DNA of 64,000 nt from an uncultured Acidimicrobiia bacterium (GTDB lineage: Bacteria > Actinomycetota > Acidimicrobiia > Acidimicrobiales > AC-14). The notes under the pieces were generated by a model. It saw nothing but the letters and a program-made list of their open reading frames with translations. It was not told where the DNA came from and did not search any database. The stretch is taken from assembly GCA_963836205.1 (NCBI GenBank), contig CAWIIV010000015.1, positions 288,001-352,000 of the forward strand, in the 5' to 3' direction. The position numbers were made by a program, and so were the translations under genes. Positions 35,552 to 45,240 of this stretch are shown here, piece after piece (the first letter of the stretch is position 1; each line of letters begins with the position of its first letter).

Positions 35552-36631
35552 TCAGCCGGCGGACGGTTCTCCGCTGCCGAAGGCGATGACCTCGCCGTCG
35601 CAGCCCACCGACACGTGGGTGCGGTCGGGTGGCAGGTTGGCGGCGGTGCCCCTCGCCACCAGGTCGGTGCCGTCGGGCAGGGTGACGCGGGCGAGGGCGT
35701 CGTGGCCGAAGTATTGGCGGTCGTGGAGGACGGCTCCGGCCACCGGGCTCGGGGCCAGGCGGACCTGCTCGGGACGCACCACCACGTGGACGGGACCGGC
35801 GGCGGCGTCACTCCGGCATTCGAGCACCCCCAGGGCACACGACACCTTGCCCTCCCCCACCACCTCGCCCTCGAGGACGTTGGCGTCGCCCACGAACCGG
35901 GCCACCCACAGATCGGCCGGGTTGCGGTAGATCTCGTCCGGGCTGCCGCACTGCACCACCCGGCCGGCCCGCATCACCGCCACCGTGTCGGCCGTCGACA
36001 GGGCCTCCTCCTGGTCGTGGGTGACGAACATGGCGGTGGCCCCCGACGCCCGCAGGATGCGGCGGACCTCGGTGCGGATGGTGACCCGCAGGGCGGCGTC
36101 GAGGTTGGCGAAGGGCTCGTCGAGCAGGACGACCGACGGCGCCGGGGCCAGGGCCCGGGCCAGCGCCACCCGCTGCTGCTGGCCGCCGGAAAGCTCGTGG
36201 GGCATGCGCCCGCCCAGTCCGGGGAGGCCGGCCAGCTCGAGCATGGCCTGCACCCGGGCGGCCCGTTCGGGTCCCCGGGGCAGCCCGAAGCCGACGTTGG
36301 CGGCCACCGACAGGTGGGGGAAGAGGGCCTGGTCCTGGGGGACGATGCCCACCCGGCGGCGCTCGGGGGGGACGTGGACGCCGGGGCCGGCCACCACCCG
36401 TCCTCCGACCGACACCGTCCCCTCGTCGAGGCGCTCGAAGCCGGCGACCGTGCGCAGCAGGGTGGTCTTCCCGCAGCCCGAGGGCCCCAGGACGGCGGTG
36501 AGGGTGCCCGCCTCCACCGACAGGTCGGCCCCGTCGAGGGCGGTGACGGGCCCGAACGCCTTGCGGGCCCCGCTGATGTCGACGCCGAGGGCCAGCACCC
36601 CGTGTACCCCCTGCACCCCGTCGCCGCTCAT
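35552..36631 (-). CDS. Fe3+ ABC transporter ATP-binding protein (FbpC-like)
   Basis: GPSGCGKT, LSGGQQQR, LLDEPF, VTHDQEEA. Confidence 0.93.
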   Translation of the reverse strand: MSGDGVQGVHGVLALGVDISGARKAFGPVTALDGADLSVEAGTLTAVLGPSGCGKTTLLRTVAGFERLDEGTVSVGGRVVAGPGVHVPPERRRVGIVPQDQALFPHLSVAANVGFGLPRGPERAARVQAMLELAGLPGLGGRMPHELSGGQQQRVALARALAPAPSVVLLDEPFANLDAALRVTIRTEVRRILRASGATAMFVTHDQEEALSTADTVAVMRAGRVVQCGSPDEIYRNPADLWVARFVGDANVLEGEVVGEGKVSCALGVLECRSDAAAGPVHVVVRPEQVRLAPSPVAGAVLHDRQYFGHDALARVTLPDGTDLVARGTAANLPPDRTHVSVGCDGEVIAFGSGEPSAG

Positions 36632-38232
36632 GTGGCCGCCTGCCGTCCGAGGCGGCGGGACAGCAGCCAGGTGGGCACGGCCGCCGCCATGACCAGCACG
36701 GCCGATGGCACCGCGGCGTCGCCGTAGGCCCCGATCGACGTGGCCGACCACACCCGGGTGGCGAGCGTCTCGAAGCCGGTCGGTCCGAGGAGGAGGGTGG
36801 CCGGCAGCTCCTTCATGCACGTGAGGAAAACCAGCGCGGTGCCGGCGGCGACGCCGGGGGCCAGCAGCGGCGCCGTCACCGTGCGCAGCACGCCGAGGGG
36901 CCGCTTGCCCAGGGAGCGGGCGACCTCGTCGAGGGCGGGAGACGCCTGCATGGCCGACGAGTAGACGGCGCTCACCGCCAGCGGCAGGAACAGGACGAGG
37001 TAGGCGAACACCAGCACGGGCAGCCTCTGGTAGAGGGAAGTCAGGTAGCGCGCCGAGAAGAACACCAGCGACAGCGCCACCACGATACCGGGCAGGGCGT
37101 GGCCCACGTAGGCCGACCGCTCCACCACCGATGCCAGCCGGCTGCGGTGGCGGGCGGCCAGCAGGGCCACCGGGATGGCGGCGGCCCCCGTCACCAGCGC
37201 CCCCAGTCCCGACGCCACCAGCGAACCCCCCGCCGCCCGCCACACCCGGGCCATGTCGACGTCGGCCTGCACGCTGTCGACCAGCCAGCGGACGAGGGTG
37301 GCGAAGGGGACGCCGAGGGCGAGCACGGCCACGGTCGCCGGCACCGCCAGCGCCCACCACCGGGCCCGTCCCAACGGGGCGACGCGGGGCGGACGGTTGG
37401 CCCCTGGCCCGCTGGCGTAGTAGCGGGCCCGGCCCCGGGTACGGGCCTCGGCCGTCACCACCACGAGGGTCACCGCCAGCAGCAGGCAGCCCAGGACGGC
37501 CGCCGGGGTGCGGTCGAAGCTCGACTGGTACGCCTGGTAGATCACCCGGGTGAAGCTGTCGAAGCGCAGGATCGACACCGCCCCGAAATCGGACAGGGAG
37601 TAGAGAAAAACGAGCAGACCCCCGGTGGCGATCGCCGGCCGCAGCTGGGGCAGCGTCACCAGCCGGAACGTGGCCGCGGCGGTGTTGCCCAGCGACCGCG
37701 AGACCTCCTCGAACGACGGGTCGATGCGCTCCAGCGACGCCGCCACCGGCAGGAAGACGTAGGGGTAGGAGAGCAGGGTGAGGACCACGAACGCCCCCCG
37801 GAAGCCGGTGAGCCACGGGAACACCGAGAGGTAGGCGAATGCGCCCACGTAGCTGGGAACGGCCAGGGGCAGCGCCGCCACCACCCGCCACGCCCGCCGG
37901 CCGGGCAGGTCGCAACGCACGGTGAGCCAGGCGAGGGCGACGCCGATCACGGCCGAGGCCAGGGTGACGGCGGTGGCCAGGCCCAGGCTGCGGGCCAGCA
38001 GGCGCGCCGTCTTCTCCGTGACAAGGGTGTCGGCCACCGCCGTCCACCCGCCCTCCCCCGCCCGCACCAGCAGGTAGCCCACCGGTAGGAGCGCGACCAT
38101 CGCCACTGCGCACCCGGCCAGGGCCAGCCCCGCCGGCGGCCGGCGCCGGCCGGGCCGCCGCTTCCGGGCGGCGGGCGGGAAGGCCTCGGGGAGGGCGGCC
38201 GGCGTGGGCGCGGCCACGGACGATCGGCTCAG
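36628..38232 (-). CDS. Fe3+ ABC transporter permease (FbpB-like); start uncertain
   Basis: LPLAVPSYV, EEVSRSLG, MKELPATLLL; duplicated permease halves. Confidence 0.9.
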   Translation of the reverse strand: MSRSSVAAPTPAALPEAFPPAARKRRPGRRRPPAGLALAGCAVAMVALLPVGYLLVRAGEGGWTAVADTLVTEKTARLLARSLGLATAVTLASAVIGVALAWLTVRCDLPGRRAWRVVAALPLAVPSYVGAFAYLSVFPWLTGFRGAFVVLTLLSYPYVFLPVAASLERIDPSFEEVSRSLGNTAAATFRLVTLPQLRPAIATGGLLVFLYSLSDFGAVSILRFDSFTRVIYQAYQSSFDRTPAAVLGCLLLAVTLVVVTAEARTRGRARYYASGPGANRPPRVAPLGRARWWALAVPATVAVLALGVPFATLVRWLVDSVQADVDMARVWRAAGGSLVASGLGALVTGAAAIPVALLAARHRSRLASVVERSAYVGHALPGIVVALSLVFFSARYLTSLYQRLPVLVFAYLVLFLPLAVSAVYSSAMQASPALDEVARSLGKRPLGVLRTVTAPLLAPGVAAGTALVFLTCMKELPATLLLGPTGFETLATRVWSATSIGAYGDAAVPSAVLVMAAAVPTWLLSRRLGRQAAT

Positions 38233-39257
38233 AGGATCCCCGCCTCCTGGAGCATGTCGAGGGTCGTGTCGAGGTCGGAGAGGTCGGAGAGGTCGATGTC
38301 GGGGCTCTGGATGTCGGACAGCTTGGGCAGGCTGGGGAGGGGCTTGACCCCGGCCGCCAGCGGGAACTCGAAGTTCCTCTCGGCGAAGAACCGCTGGGCG
38401 TTCTCCCCCAGCAGGAAGTTGACGAACTGGGCCGCCTCCGCCTGGTGCTCGGCCGACTTGAGCACACCGACGCCGGCCACGTTGATCAGCGCCCCGGGGT
38501 CGCCGTTCAGCGTGAAGTGGTTGCGGGCCACCATCTTGTCCTCGCCGATCTCGTTGGCGAGCTGGTACCAGTAGTAGTGGTTGATGAGGCCGAGGTCGAT
38601 CTCGCCGTCGTTCACCGCCTTCAGGATGAGGGCGTTGTCGTTGTAGGTCTTGGCCCCGTTGTCCTTGAGCCCCTGGATGAACTGGCGGGTGCGGTCGTCG
38701 CCCGCCTGCACCCGCATGGCGGTGAGGAAGGCCAGGAACGAGCCGTTGGTGGGGGCGATGCCCACCCGGCCCTTCCACTTCGGGTCGTTGACGGCGAAGA
38801 CGTCGGTGGGCACCTCGGCGTCGGGCACGTTCTTGCTGTTGGCCACGATCACCCGGGCCCGGCCGGTGGCACCGATCCAGTCCCCGTCCTCGGCCCGGTA
38901 CCGGGGCTCGACCTTGGCCAGGACGTCGGCCGGCAGGGGGGCGAACAGGCCCCGGGCGTCGACCGCCCCGAGGGCGCTCGCGTCCTGGGCGAAGAAGATG
39001 TCGGCCGGCGAGTTCGACCCCTCCTCCGAGATCTGGGCCGCCAGCTCGGGCGTGGCGCCGTAGCGGACGTTGACCTTGATCCCCGTCTCCTCGGTGAACT
39101 CGTCGATCACCGGCTGGATCTGCACCTCGGCCCGCCCCGAGTAGAGGGTGAGGGTCTTGGAGTCGGACGAGCCGCCGCACGCCCCGGCCGCCAGGGCGAG
39201 GGCGACGGCGATGGCGGCTGCGACGAGGACGGGCGTGCGGCGGCGGGAGGAAGGCAC
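38229..39257 (-). CDS. Fe3+ ABC transporter substrate-binding lipoprotein (FbpA/FutA-like)
   Basis: Lipobox AGAC; LYSGR, SPADIF, INHYYW. Confidence 0.92.
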   Translation of the reverse strand: MPSSRRRTPVLVAAAIAVALALAAGACGGSSDSKTLTLYSGRAEVQIQPVIDEFTEETGIKVNVRYGATPELAAQISEEGSNSPADIFFAQDASALGAVDARGLFAPLPADVLAKVEPRYRAEDGDWIGATGRARVIVANSKNVPDAEVPTDVFAVNDPKWKGRVGIAPTNGSFLAFLTAMRVQAGDDRTRQFIQGLKDNGAKTYNDNALILKAVNDGEIDLGLINHYYWYQLANEIGEDKMVARNHFTLNGDPGALINVAGVGVLKSAEHQAEAAQFVNFLLGENAQRFFAERNFEFPLAAGVKPLPSLPKLSDIQSPDIDLSDLSDLDTTLDMLQEAGIL

Positions 39258-39292
39258 GATGGTCGATGTCTCCAGGTCAGGGGCAGTAGGGG

Positions 39293-39311
39293 CGGTAGTA
39301 GGTGGACCTAA
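39293..39311. promoter_or_regulatory. Possible partial IdeR/DtxR-type iron box
   Basis: TAGG-TGGA-CCTAA upstream of the iron transporter; only half the 19-bp consensus matches. Confidence 0.3.
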
Positions 39312-39374
39312 TAACAGCGTAGAGGCCTGCCTGACTGCAATACCCGGCGCCAGGGCGACGGTACCGTCGGCAGG

Positions 39375-40337
39375 ATGTCGGCGATCGATGTCGGCACCGG
39401 CACCGGCTCCCGGGTGCTGGTCGGCACCTGCTCCTGGACCGACGCCACCCTGGTCAAAGAGACCGAGTGGTACCCGAAGCGCTCGATGACCGCGGCCGAG
39501 CGGCTGGCCTACTACGGGGCCCGGTTCCCCCTGGTGGAGGTGGACAGCACCTACTACTTCCCCCCCACCCCCGAGCTGGCCGCGGCCTGGGTCGAGCGCA
39601 CGCCGGCCGGCTTCACCATGAACATCAAGGCGTGGTCGCTGCTCACCGGCCACCCCACGTTCCCCGACTCCCTGTGGCCCGACCTCCAGTCGGAGGTGCC
39701 GGCGGAGCACCGGGGCAAGCGCCGGCTGTACGCCAAGCACCTCCCGGCGGACGTCATGGACGAGGCGTGGGACCGCTTCCGCCACTCCCTCGGCCCGCTC
39801 CAGGCGGCGGGGAAGCTGGGGGCGGTGCTGTTCCAGTACCCCCGGTGGTTCGGCCCCCGCGACGCCCACCGGGCCGACATCTCCGACGCCGTGCGCCGCC
39901 TGGAGGGCATCCGGGTGTGCGTGGAGTTCCGCCACGCCCGCTGGCTGGAAGGGGGCGACTGCGAGTCGACCCTCTCGCTGCTGGAGGAGCTGGGGGCGTC
40001 GTTCGTGTGCGTCGACGAGCCGTCCGGATTCGCGTCGTCGATGCCGCCGGTGGTGGCGGCCACGTCGGGGCTCGCCGTGGTCCGCTTCCACGGCCGCAAC
40101 CAGGCCACCTGGGAAGGACCGGTGCCGAGCGCGGCCGAGCGCTTCCGATACCTCTACACACCCCACGAGCTGGCAGAATGGGTCCCCCGGATCCGGGAGC
40201 TGGCGGCGACGGCCGACGAAGTCCACGTTCTCATGAACAACTGCTGGCGGGACTACGCGGTGGTCAACGCAGCCCAGATCGCCGACCTGCTTCAGGTCGC
40301 CTCGCCGGTGTCGGAGCCGCTCACCGCCGATCCGTGA
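39375..40337 (+). CDS. DUF72 family protein
   Basis: VGTCSW, VEVDSTYY, LFQYP, VEFRH, VRFHGRN. Confidence 0.92.
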   Translation: MSAIDVGTGTGSRVLVGTCSWTDATLVKETEWYPKRSMTAAERLAYYGARFPLVEVDSTYYFPPTPELAAAWVERTPAGFTMNIKAWSLLTGHPTFPDSLWPDLQSEVPAEHRGKRRLYAKHLPADVMDEAWDRFRHSLGPLQAAGKLGAVLFQYPRWFGPRDAHRADISDAVRRLEGIRVCVEFRHARWLEGGDCESTLSLLEELGASFVCVDEPSGFASSMPPVVAATSGLAVVRFHGRNQATWEGPVPSAAERFRYLYTPHELAEWVPRIRELAATADEVHVLMNNCWRDYAVVNAAQIADLLQVASPVSEPLTADP

Positions 40338-40696
40338 TGCACGACCATGGCCCACTCGCCGGCCGGATCGCGGGTGAAGACGTTGAAGGCGGACACGGTC
40401 GTGGCGCTGCCGGTGTCCAGGATGTTCTCGTCGACCGCCACCCAGCCGGTGTCGCCCACCACCTCGGCCGACTCGTTGGTGAGGATGAACTGGAGCCGCT
40501 GGGCGTTCTGGAACAGGGCGAAGAAGGAGGCCGCCACCTGCCCCCATCCCTGGAGCCGGGCCCAGCCGGGGTGGGTGCAGAGGACCCGGTCGGAGTGCTC
40601 CCACAGCTGCGACATGGCGTCGAGGTCGCGCTCCTCGAAGGCGGCGTAGAAGGCAGCGTTGGCGGCGAGGACGCCGTCGATGTCAGTGGATGTCAT
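40292..40696 (-). CDS. NTF2/SnoaL-like family protein
   Basis: ANAAFYAAFE, CTHPGW, NVF...W..VVHHGS. Confidence 0.85.
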   Translation of the reverse strand: MTSTDIDGVLAANAAFYAAFEERDLDAMSQLWEHSDRVLCTHPGWARLQGWGQVAASFFALFQNAQRLQFILTNESAEVVGDTGWVAVDENILDTGSATTVSAFNVFTRDPAGEWAMVVHHGSAVSGSDTGEAT

Positions 40697-40738
40697 CGGC
40701 CCGGGGACCATATCCGCTCCGCTGTAGCGTCCCCTGAC

Positions 40739-41566
40739 GTGCGCCTCGTACCCTCCTCCGACGGGGTGGAGGTGGCGGTCCACGACCTCGGCGGCGACGG
40801 TCCGCCGCTGGTGCTGGTGCACGCCACCGGGTTCTGCGGGGGGACGCTGGCGCCGATGGCCCGGGCCCTGGGCGAGTCGTTCCACGCCTGGGCGGTCGAC
40901 GTGCGGGGCCACGGGCGTTCGGTGACACCCGACGGCCTCGACTTCCGGTGGACGGGCTTCGCCGACGACGTGCTGGCCGTGGTCGACGGGTTGGGGCTGG
41001 AGGGGGCGTTCGGGTTCGGCCACTCGTCGGGCGGGGCGGCCGTGCTTGATGCCGAGGCCCGCCGGCCGGGGACCTTCCGGTCGCTCTACGTGTACGAGCC
41101 GATCCTGTGGCCCACTCCCCCGCCCCCGGCCATCCGTGACGTGATGGTCGAGGGGGCGCTGCGCCGGCGCGACCGGTTCCCGTCGCGGGAGGAGGCCCGG
41201 GCCAACTTCGCGGCCAAGCGGCCGTTCTCCGGGTTCTCGGTGGACGCCTTGGACGCCTACCTCGGGTGCGCCTTCGAGGCGGAGGAGGACGGGTCGCTGT
41301 GGCTGCGCTGCCGGGGGGAGTGGGAGGCCGCCATCTACCGCCGGGGCGTCGTCCACGACGGCTTCACCCGCCTGGGCCTGGTTTCGTGCCCCGTCGTGGT
41401 CGCGTCCGGCGATCGGGGCGAGGCCCTCGACCCCGAGGTCATCGTGGCCCAGGCCGCGGCCCTGCCGTCGTCCCGGTCGGAGACCTTCCCCGCCCTCGGC
41501 CACCTCGGCCCGATGGAGGACCCTCGGCGCGTGGCCGAGTCGGTCCGCAACGCCTTCGCCGTCTGA
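40739..41566 (+). CDS. Alpha/beta fold hydrolase
   Basis: HATGF, DVRGHG, GHSSGG, GHLGPME. Confidence 0.9.
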   Translation: MRLVPSSDGVEVAVHDLGGDGPPLVLVHATGFCGGTLAPMARALGESFHAWAVDVRGHGRSVTPDGLDFRWTGFADDVLAVVDGLGLEGAFGFGHSSGGAAVLDAEARRPGTFRSLYVYEPILWPTPPPPAIRDVMVEGALRRRDRFPSREEARANFAAKRPFSGFSVDALDAYLGCAFEAEEDGSLWLRCRGEWEAAIYRRGVVHDGFTRLGLVSCPVVVASGDRGEALDPEVIVAQAAALPSSRSETFPALGHLGPMEDPRRVAESVRNAFAV

Positions 41567-41655
41567 ACTGCCAGCCGACCGGCACGCGCCGCGGAACTCG
41601 TCGGGCGGGCGAAGTATCCACGTGGCTGTCGTAGGGCATCGGTAGCCTCTGGTCG

Positions 41656-42498
41656 ATGGCCTTGCCGTTGCCCACGTCGCTGTCGCCCTCCAAGGTGGCG
41701 TCGTTCAAGGACTGCGCCCTCGCGTTCCGGTTCTCGGCCATCGACCGGGTCCCCGAGCCGCCGTCGGCGCCCGCCACCAAAGGCACGCTCGTCCACCGCA
41801 CCCTCGAGCTCCTGTTCTGCGAGCCGGCCGAGGAGCGCACCGTCCCCACCGCCCTCGCCTGCCTCGACCGGGCCACGGAGGAGATCGAGACCGATCCCGA
41901 GTTCACCGGCCTCCACCTCGAGCCCGAGGCCAGGGCCGACTTCGTGGCCGACGCCGAGGCCCTGGTCCGCCGCTACTTCCGCCTCGAAGACCCCCGCACC
42001 ATCCGCCCTATCGGGCTCGAGCTCATGCTGGAGGCCAAGGTCGGCACCCTCACCCTGCGGGGCATCATCGACCGCCTCGAGCTCGACGACGACGGCGGGC
42101 TGGTCGTCACCGACTACAAGTCCGGCGCCGTGCCCCGCGTCACCTACGAGCAGAGCAAGCTCGGCGGCGTCCACTTCTACGCCTTCCTGTGCGAGCAGGT
42201 CCTGGGCCGGCGGCCGTCGAAGATCCAGCTCCTCTATCTGTCGGAGCCGGTGGCCATCGTGGCCGAGCCGTCCGACCAGTCGATCCGGGGCCTCCAGCAG
42301 CGCACGTCGGCCATCTGGACCGCGGTGGAGAAGGCCTGTGAGCGGGAGGACTTCCGGCCCCACCCGTCCCGCCTGTGCGACTGGTGCTCGTTCAAGGCCT
42401 ACTGCCCGGCGTTCGGCGGCGACCCCGCACTGGCCCCCTTGGCCCGGGCGCAGTCCACCGCCACGCCCGTCGTCCTCACGCCCACGCCCACCGGCTGA
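41656..42498 (+). CDS. RecB/Cas4-like PD-(D/E)XK nuclease
   Basis: LSPS...C, GTLVH, GIIDRLE, DYKSG, C-terminal CDWC...YCP. Confidence 0.9.
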   Translation: MALPLPTSLSPSKVASFKDCALAFRFSAIDRVPEPPSAPATKGTLVHRTLELLFCEPAEERTVPTALACLDRATEEIETDPEFTGLHLEPEARADFVADAEALVRRYFRLEDPRTIRPIGLELMLEAKVGTLTLRGIIDRLELDDDGGLVVTDYKSGAVPRVTYEQSKLGGVHFYAFLCEQVLGRRPSKIQLLYLSEPVAIVAEPSDQSIRGLQQRTSAIWTAVEKACEREDFRPHPSRLCDWCSFKAYCPAFGGDPALAPLARAQSTATPVVLTPTPTG

Positions 42499-42547
42499 GC
42501 GCCCCCGCCGGGCGGGGCGGTCCGGTCCCGCTACGGTGCACGCCAAC

Positions 42548-43117
42548 GTGAGCCGACTCTCCCGCGTCCGGGCCGACGTCGCCCGCTTCGACGACGCCGC
42601 CGACCGGGTCTTCGACCGCCTGCGGGGCCGGCGAGTGCCCGACAAGGTCTTCTACGTGGCGTCCGACCTGGGCGACTTCAGCCTGGTGTGGATGATCCTG
42701 GGCGCACTGCGGGGACTGCGGTCGGAACGGGACTGGCACGCCGCGCTGCGTTTGGGCGCGGCCGCGGGGGCGGAGTCGTTCCTGGTCAACTGGGTCGTGA
42801 AGTCGTTCTTCCGCCGCACCCGTCCGGTCGTGGAGATGGAACACCCGCACCACCTGCGTGTCCCCCTGACCAGCAGCTTTCCCAGCGGCCACGCCACCTC
42901 CGCCTTCAGCGCGGCCCTCCTGCTGAGCGACGACGACGTGCTGTGGCCCCTCTACTACGCGGTGGCCGTCGTGGTGGCCGCCAGCCGGGTGCACGTGCGC
43001 ATCCACCATGCGTCCGATGTGGCCGCGGGGGCGGTGTTGGGCACCGCCTTCGGATTGGTGGTCCGCCGCATCTACCCGCTGCCCCCCGCTCGGACGGTGG
43101 TACCACCGATGGGGTGA
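42548..43117 (+). CDS. PAP2 family phosphatase
   Basis: KSFFRRTRP, SFPSGH, SRVHVRIHHASDV. Confidence 0.9.
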   Translation: MSRLSRVRADVARFDDAADRVFDRLRGRRVPDKVFYVASDLGDFSLVWMILGALRGLRSERDWHAALRLGAAAGAESFLVNWVVKSFFRRTRPVVEMEHPHHLRVPLTSSFPSGHATSAFSAALLLSDDDVLWPLYYAVAVVVAASRVHVRIHHASDVAAGAVLGTAFGLVVRRIYPLPPARTVVPPMG

Positions 43118-43122
43118 CGGGG

Positions 43123-43311
43123 TTAGTTGACCCCGACCGCCTCGAGGTCGTCGATCACGGGCGCCTGCGAGGCGAGCACCGATCGCATGTCGAGCAGGAG
43201 GTCGGAAACCTCGGCCGTCGACACCAGCTCACGGCTGTGCATCCATCCAAGGCTCTTGTCGATGATCCGAAGCGCCTCGGAAATGGCATCTCTGTCGATC
43301 GTGGTGCTCAT
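43123..43311 (-). CDS. Small hypothetical protein (62 aa)
   Basis: AGGAG RBS; helical RELVSTAEVSDLLLDMR. Confidence 0.65.
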   Translation of the reverse strand: MSTTIDRDAISEALRIIDKSLGWMHSRELVSTAEVSDLLLDMRSVLASQAPVIDDLEAVGVN

Positions 43312-43483
43312 CTCATCTGCTCCTAACACCGGACGGTGTGCCCTGTTCCCATTTTCTCGTCACGGCCGTATGCCGGCTTGAGCCCTGTGTGGGGCCCACC
43401 CTAGCCAGTGCTGGTTTCGAGTGTGTTTCGTTTGCGAAACGGCTCGCTTCTTGTTGTCTCACCCTCCTGCCATGGTTCTAACC

Positions 43484-43642
43484 ATGAACGAGCAACTTCT
43501 CCTGGTCCTCCCCGACGAGCGACCGTGGCGGCTCGACGACGAAACCCGCGAAATCGGTCGCCGGGGGGTCCAGGAGGCCCGGGCCGCTCTCCGCCGGGCG
43601 GCGGCCGACGAGCACCGGCGAACCCGTCCCGCCGCCGCCTGA
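43484..43642 (+). CDS. Small hypothetical protein (52 aa)
   Basis: WRLDDETREIGRRGVQEARAAL; promoter-like motif 7 nt upstream. Confidence 0.6.
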   Translation: MNEQLLLVLPDERPWRLDDETREIGRRGVQEARAALRRAAADEHRRTRPAAA

Positions 43643-43716
43643 GCATCGCCGGTATGGTGGCGCCACCGGCCGGCGCCGACGCTTCCCCCTCGCAGCCCCC
43701 GCTCGGAGACGCGCCC

Positions 43717-44331
43717 ATGGCCACCCGCCCGATCGCCCCCTCGACCGCCGGCGAACCGCGCCCGGTACCGCCCCGCCGCCCTCGCGGGCGGGGGCCGTTG
43801 CTCGTGACCCTCATCGTCCTCGTTGCCGCCACGTCCGCCGGATGCGGGAGCGGAGGCCGGGGCGGTGGGGCTTCGGGGGTCTTTCCGCCGCCCCTCCCGC
43901 CGGTCGTCGAGTTGCCGCCCGGCCTCGACACCACCGTCGAGCGGGTGATCGACGGTGACACGCTCGTCGTCTCCGGCGGGTACCGCATCCGCCTCATCGG
44001 CGTCGACACCCCCGAGACCAAAGACCCCCGGCGCCCGATCCAGTGCTTCGGCCAGGAGGCATCGACGTTCCTCACCGACCTGTTGCCCCAGGGCACGGGC
44101 ATCCGCCTGGTGGGCGACGTGGAGGCCCGCGACATCTACGACCGCACCCTCGCCTACGCCTACCGCCTGCCCGACGGGCTGTTCGTCAACGCCGACCTCG
44201 TCCGCCAGGGCTATGCCCGCCTCCTCACGATCCCGCCCAACGTCGCCCATGCCGACGAGCTCGTCGTCCTCGCCCAGCAGGCCCGGGAGGCCGGACGGGG
44301 GTTGTGGACGGCGTGCGGGCCCGATCCCTGA
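43717..44331 (+). CDS. Thermonuclease (SNase) family lipoprotein
   Basis: VIDGDT, IRLIGVDTPE, DIYDRTLAY, AREAGRGLW; lipobox SAGC. Confidence 0.9.
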   Translation: MATRPIAPSTAGEPRPVPPRRPRGRGPLLVTLIVLVAATSAGCGSGGRGGGASGVFPPPLPPVVELPPGLDTTVERVIDGDTLVVSGGYRIRLIGVDTPETKDPRRPIQCFGQEASTFLTDLLPQGTGIRLVGDVEARDIYDRTLAYAYRLPDGLFVNADLVRQGYARLLTIPPNVAHADELVVLAQQAREAGRGLWTACGPDP

Positions 44332-44352
44332 CCGCGGGTAGCGTCCGGCGCG

Positions 44353-45192
44353 GTGCCTTCGCTCGCGGAACGCCTCGGCCACACCCCCGACGCCCGCCTG
44401 CTCATCGTCAACTGCGACGACCTGGGCTCGAGCCACGCGGCGAACGTCGGGGTCTACGAGGCGCTGCGCGATGGTGTCGGCACTAGCGCCAGCCTGATGG
44501 TGCCCTGCCCGTGGGCCCGCGACGCGGCCGCCCGCTACCGGGGGGAGGACGTCGGCGTCCACCTCACCCTCAACGCCGAGCACGACCTCTACCGGTGGGG
44601 TCCGATCACCCACGCCCCGTCGCTTCTCGACGGCGACGGCGGGTTCCCTCGCACCCGCGACGACCTGTGGGACCACGCCGACCTCGACGAGGTCCGCCGG
44701 GAGTGCCGGGCCCAGGTCGAGCGGGCCATCCTCTGGGGCTTCGACGTCAGCCACCTCGACTCCCACCTGGGCAGCCTCGAGCTGCGGCCCGAGTTCTTCG
44801 ACATCTACCTGGAGCTGGCGGTCGAATTCGGGCTGCCCTTGCGGCTGGGGTCGGCCTCCACCGAGCGGGCGGTCGGGTTCCCGTTCCGTCGGTTGGCGGA
44901 GGAGGAGGGCGTCGTCTCCCCCGACCACTTCGTGGCCGTCCGGGGCGTCGGCCGGCGGCGGGCCATCGAGCGGGCCATCGAGGAGCTGACCCCCGGCGTC
45001 ACCGAGGTGCACGTCAGCCCTGCCCTCGACACCGCCGAGCTGCGGGCCATGGCCCCCGACTGGCCGGCGCGGGTCGACGACCACGACCTCGTCACCGGGA
45101 ACAGCTCCACCCTGCGGGCGCTCGCCGCCCGCTCGGGCGTGGCGTTCGTCGGCTACCGGGAGCTGCGCGACCTCCAGCGGGCGGCGGCGTAG
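44353..45192 (+). CDS. YdjC/ChbG family carbohydrate deacetylase
   Basis: NCDDLG, SASLMVP, GVHLTL, SHLDSH. Confidence 0.88.
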   Translation: MPSLAERLGHTPDARLLIVNCDDLGSSHAANVGVYEALRDGVGTSASLMVPCPWARDAAARYRGEDVGVHLTLNAEHDLYRWGPITHAPSLLDGDGGFPRTRDDLWDHADLDEVRRECRAQVERAILWGFDVSHLDSHLGSLELRPEFFDIYLELAVEFGLPLRLGSASTERAVGFPFRRLAEEEGVVSPDHFVAVRGVGRRRAIERAIEELTPGVTEVHVSPALDTAELRAMAPDWPARVDDHDLVTGNSSTLRALAARSGVAFVGYRELRDLQRAAA

Positions 45193-45240
45193 CCCCGGAC
45201 AGTGCCGGCGGGCGGGGCGCGGGGGCGGGCCGGTCGGGCG

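Noticed and set aside
41656-42498. cas4 of a CRISPR system
   Set aside because: Solo RecB-like nuclease typical of actinobacteria; no cas1/cas2 or array nearby
43415-43432. LexA box (TCGAGTGTGTTTCG)
   Set aside because: One base short and mismatched against CGAAC-N4-GTTCG
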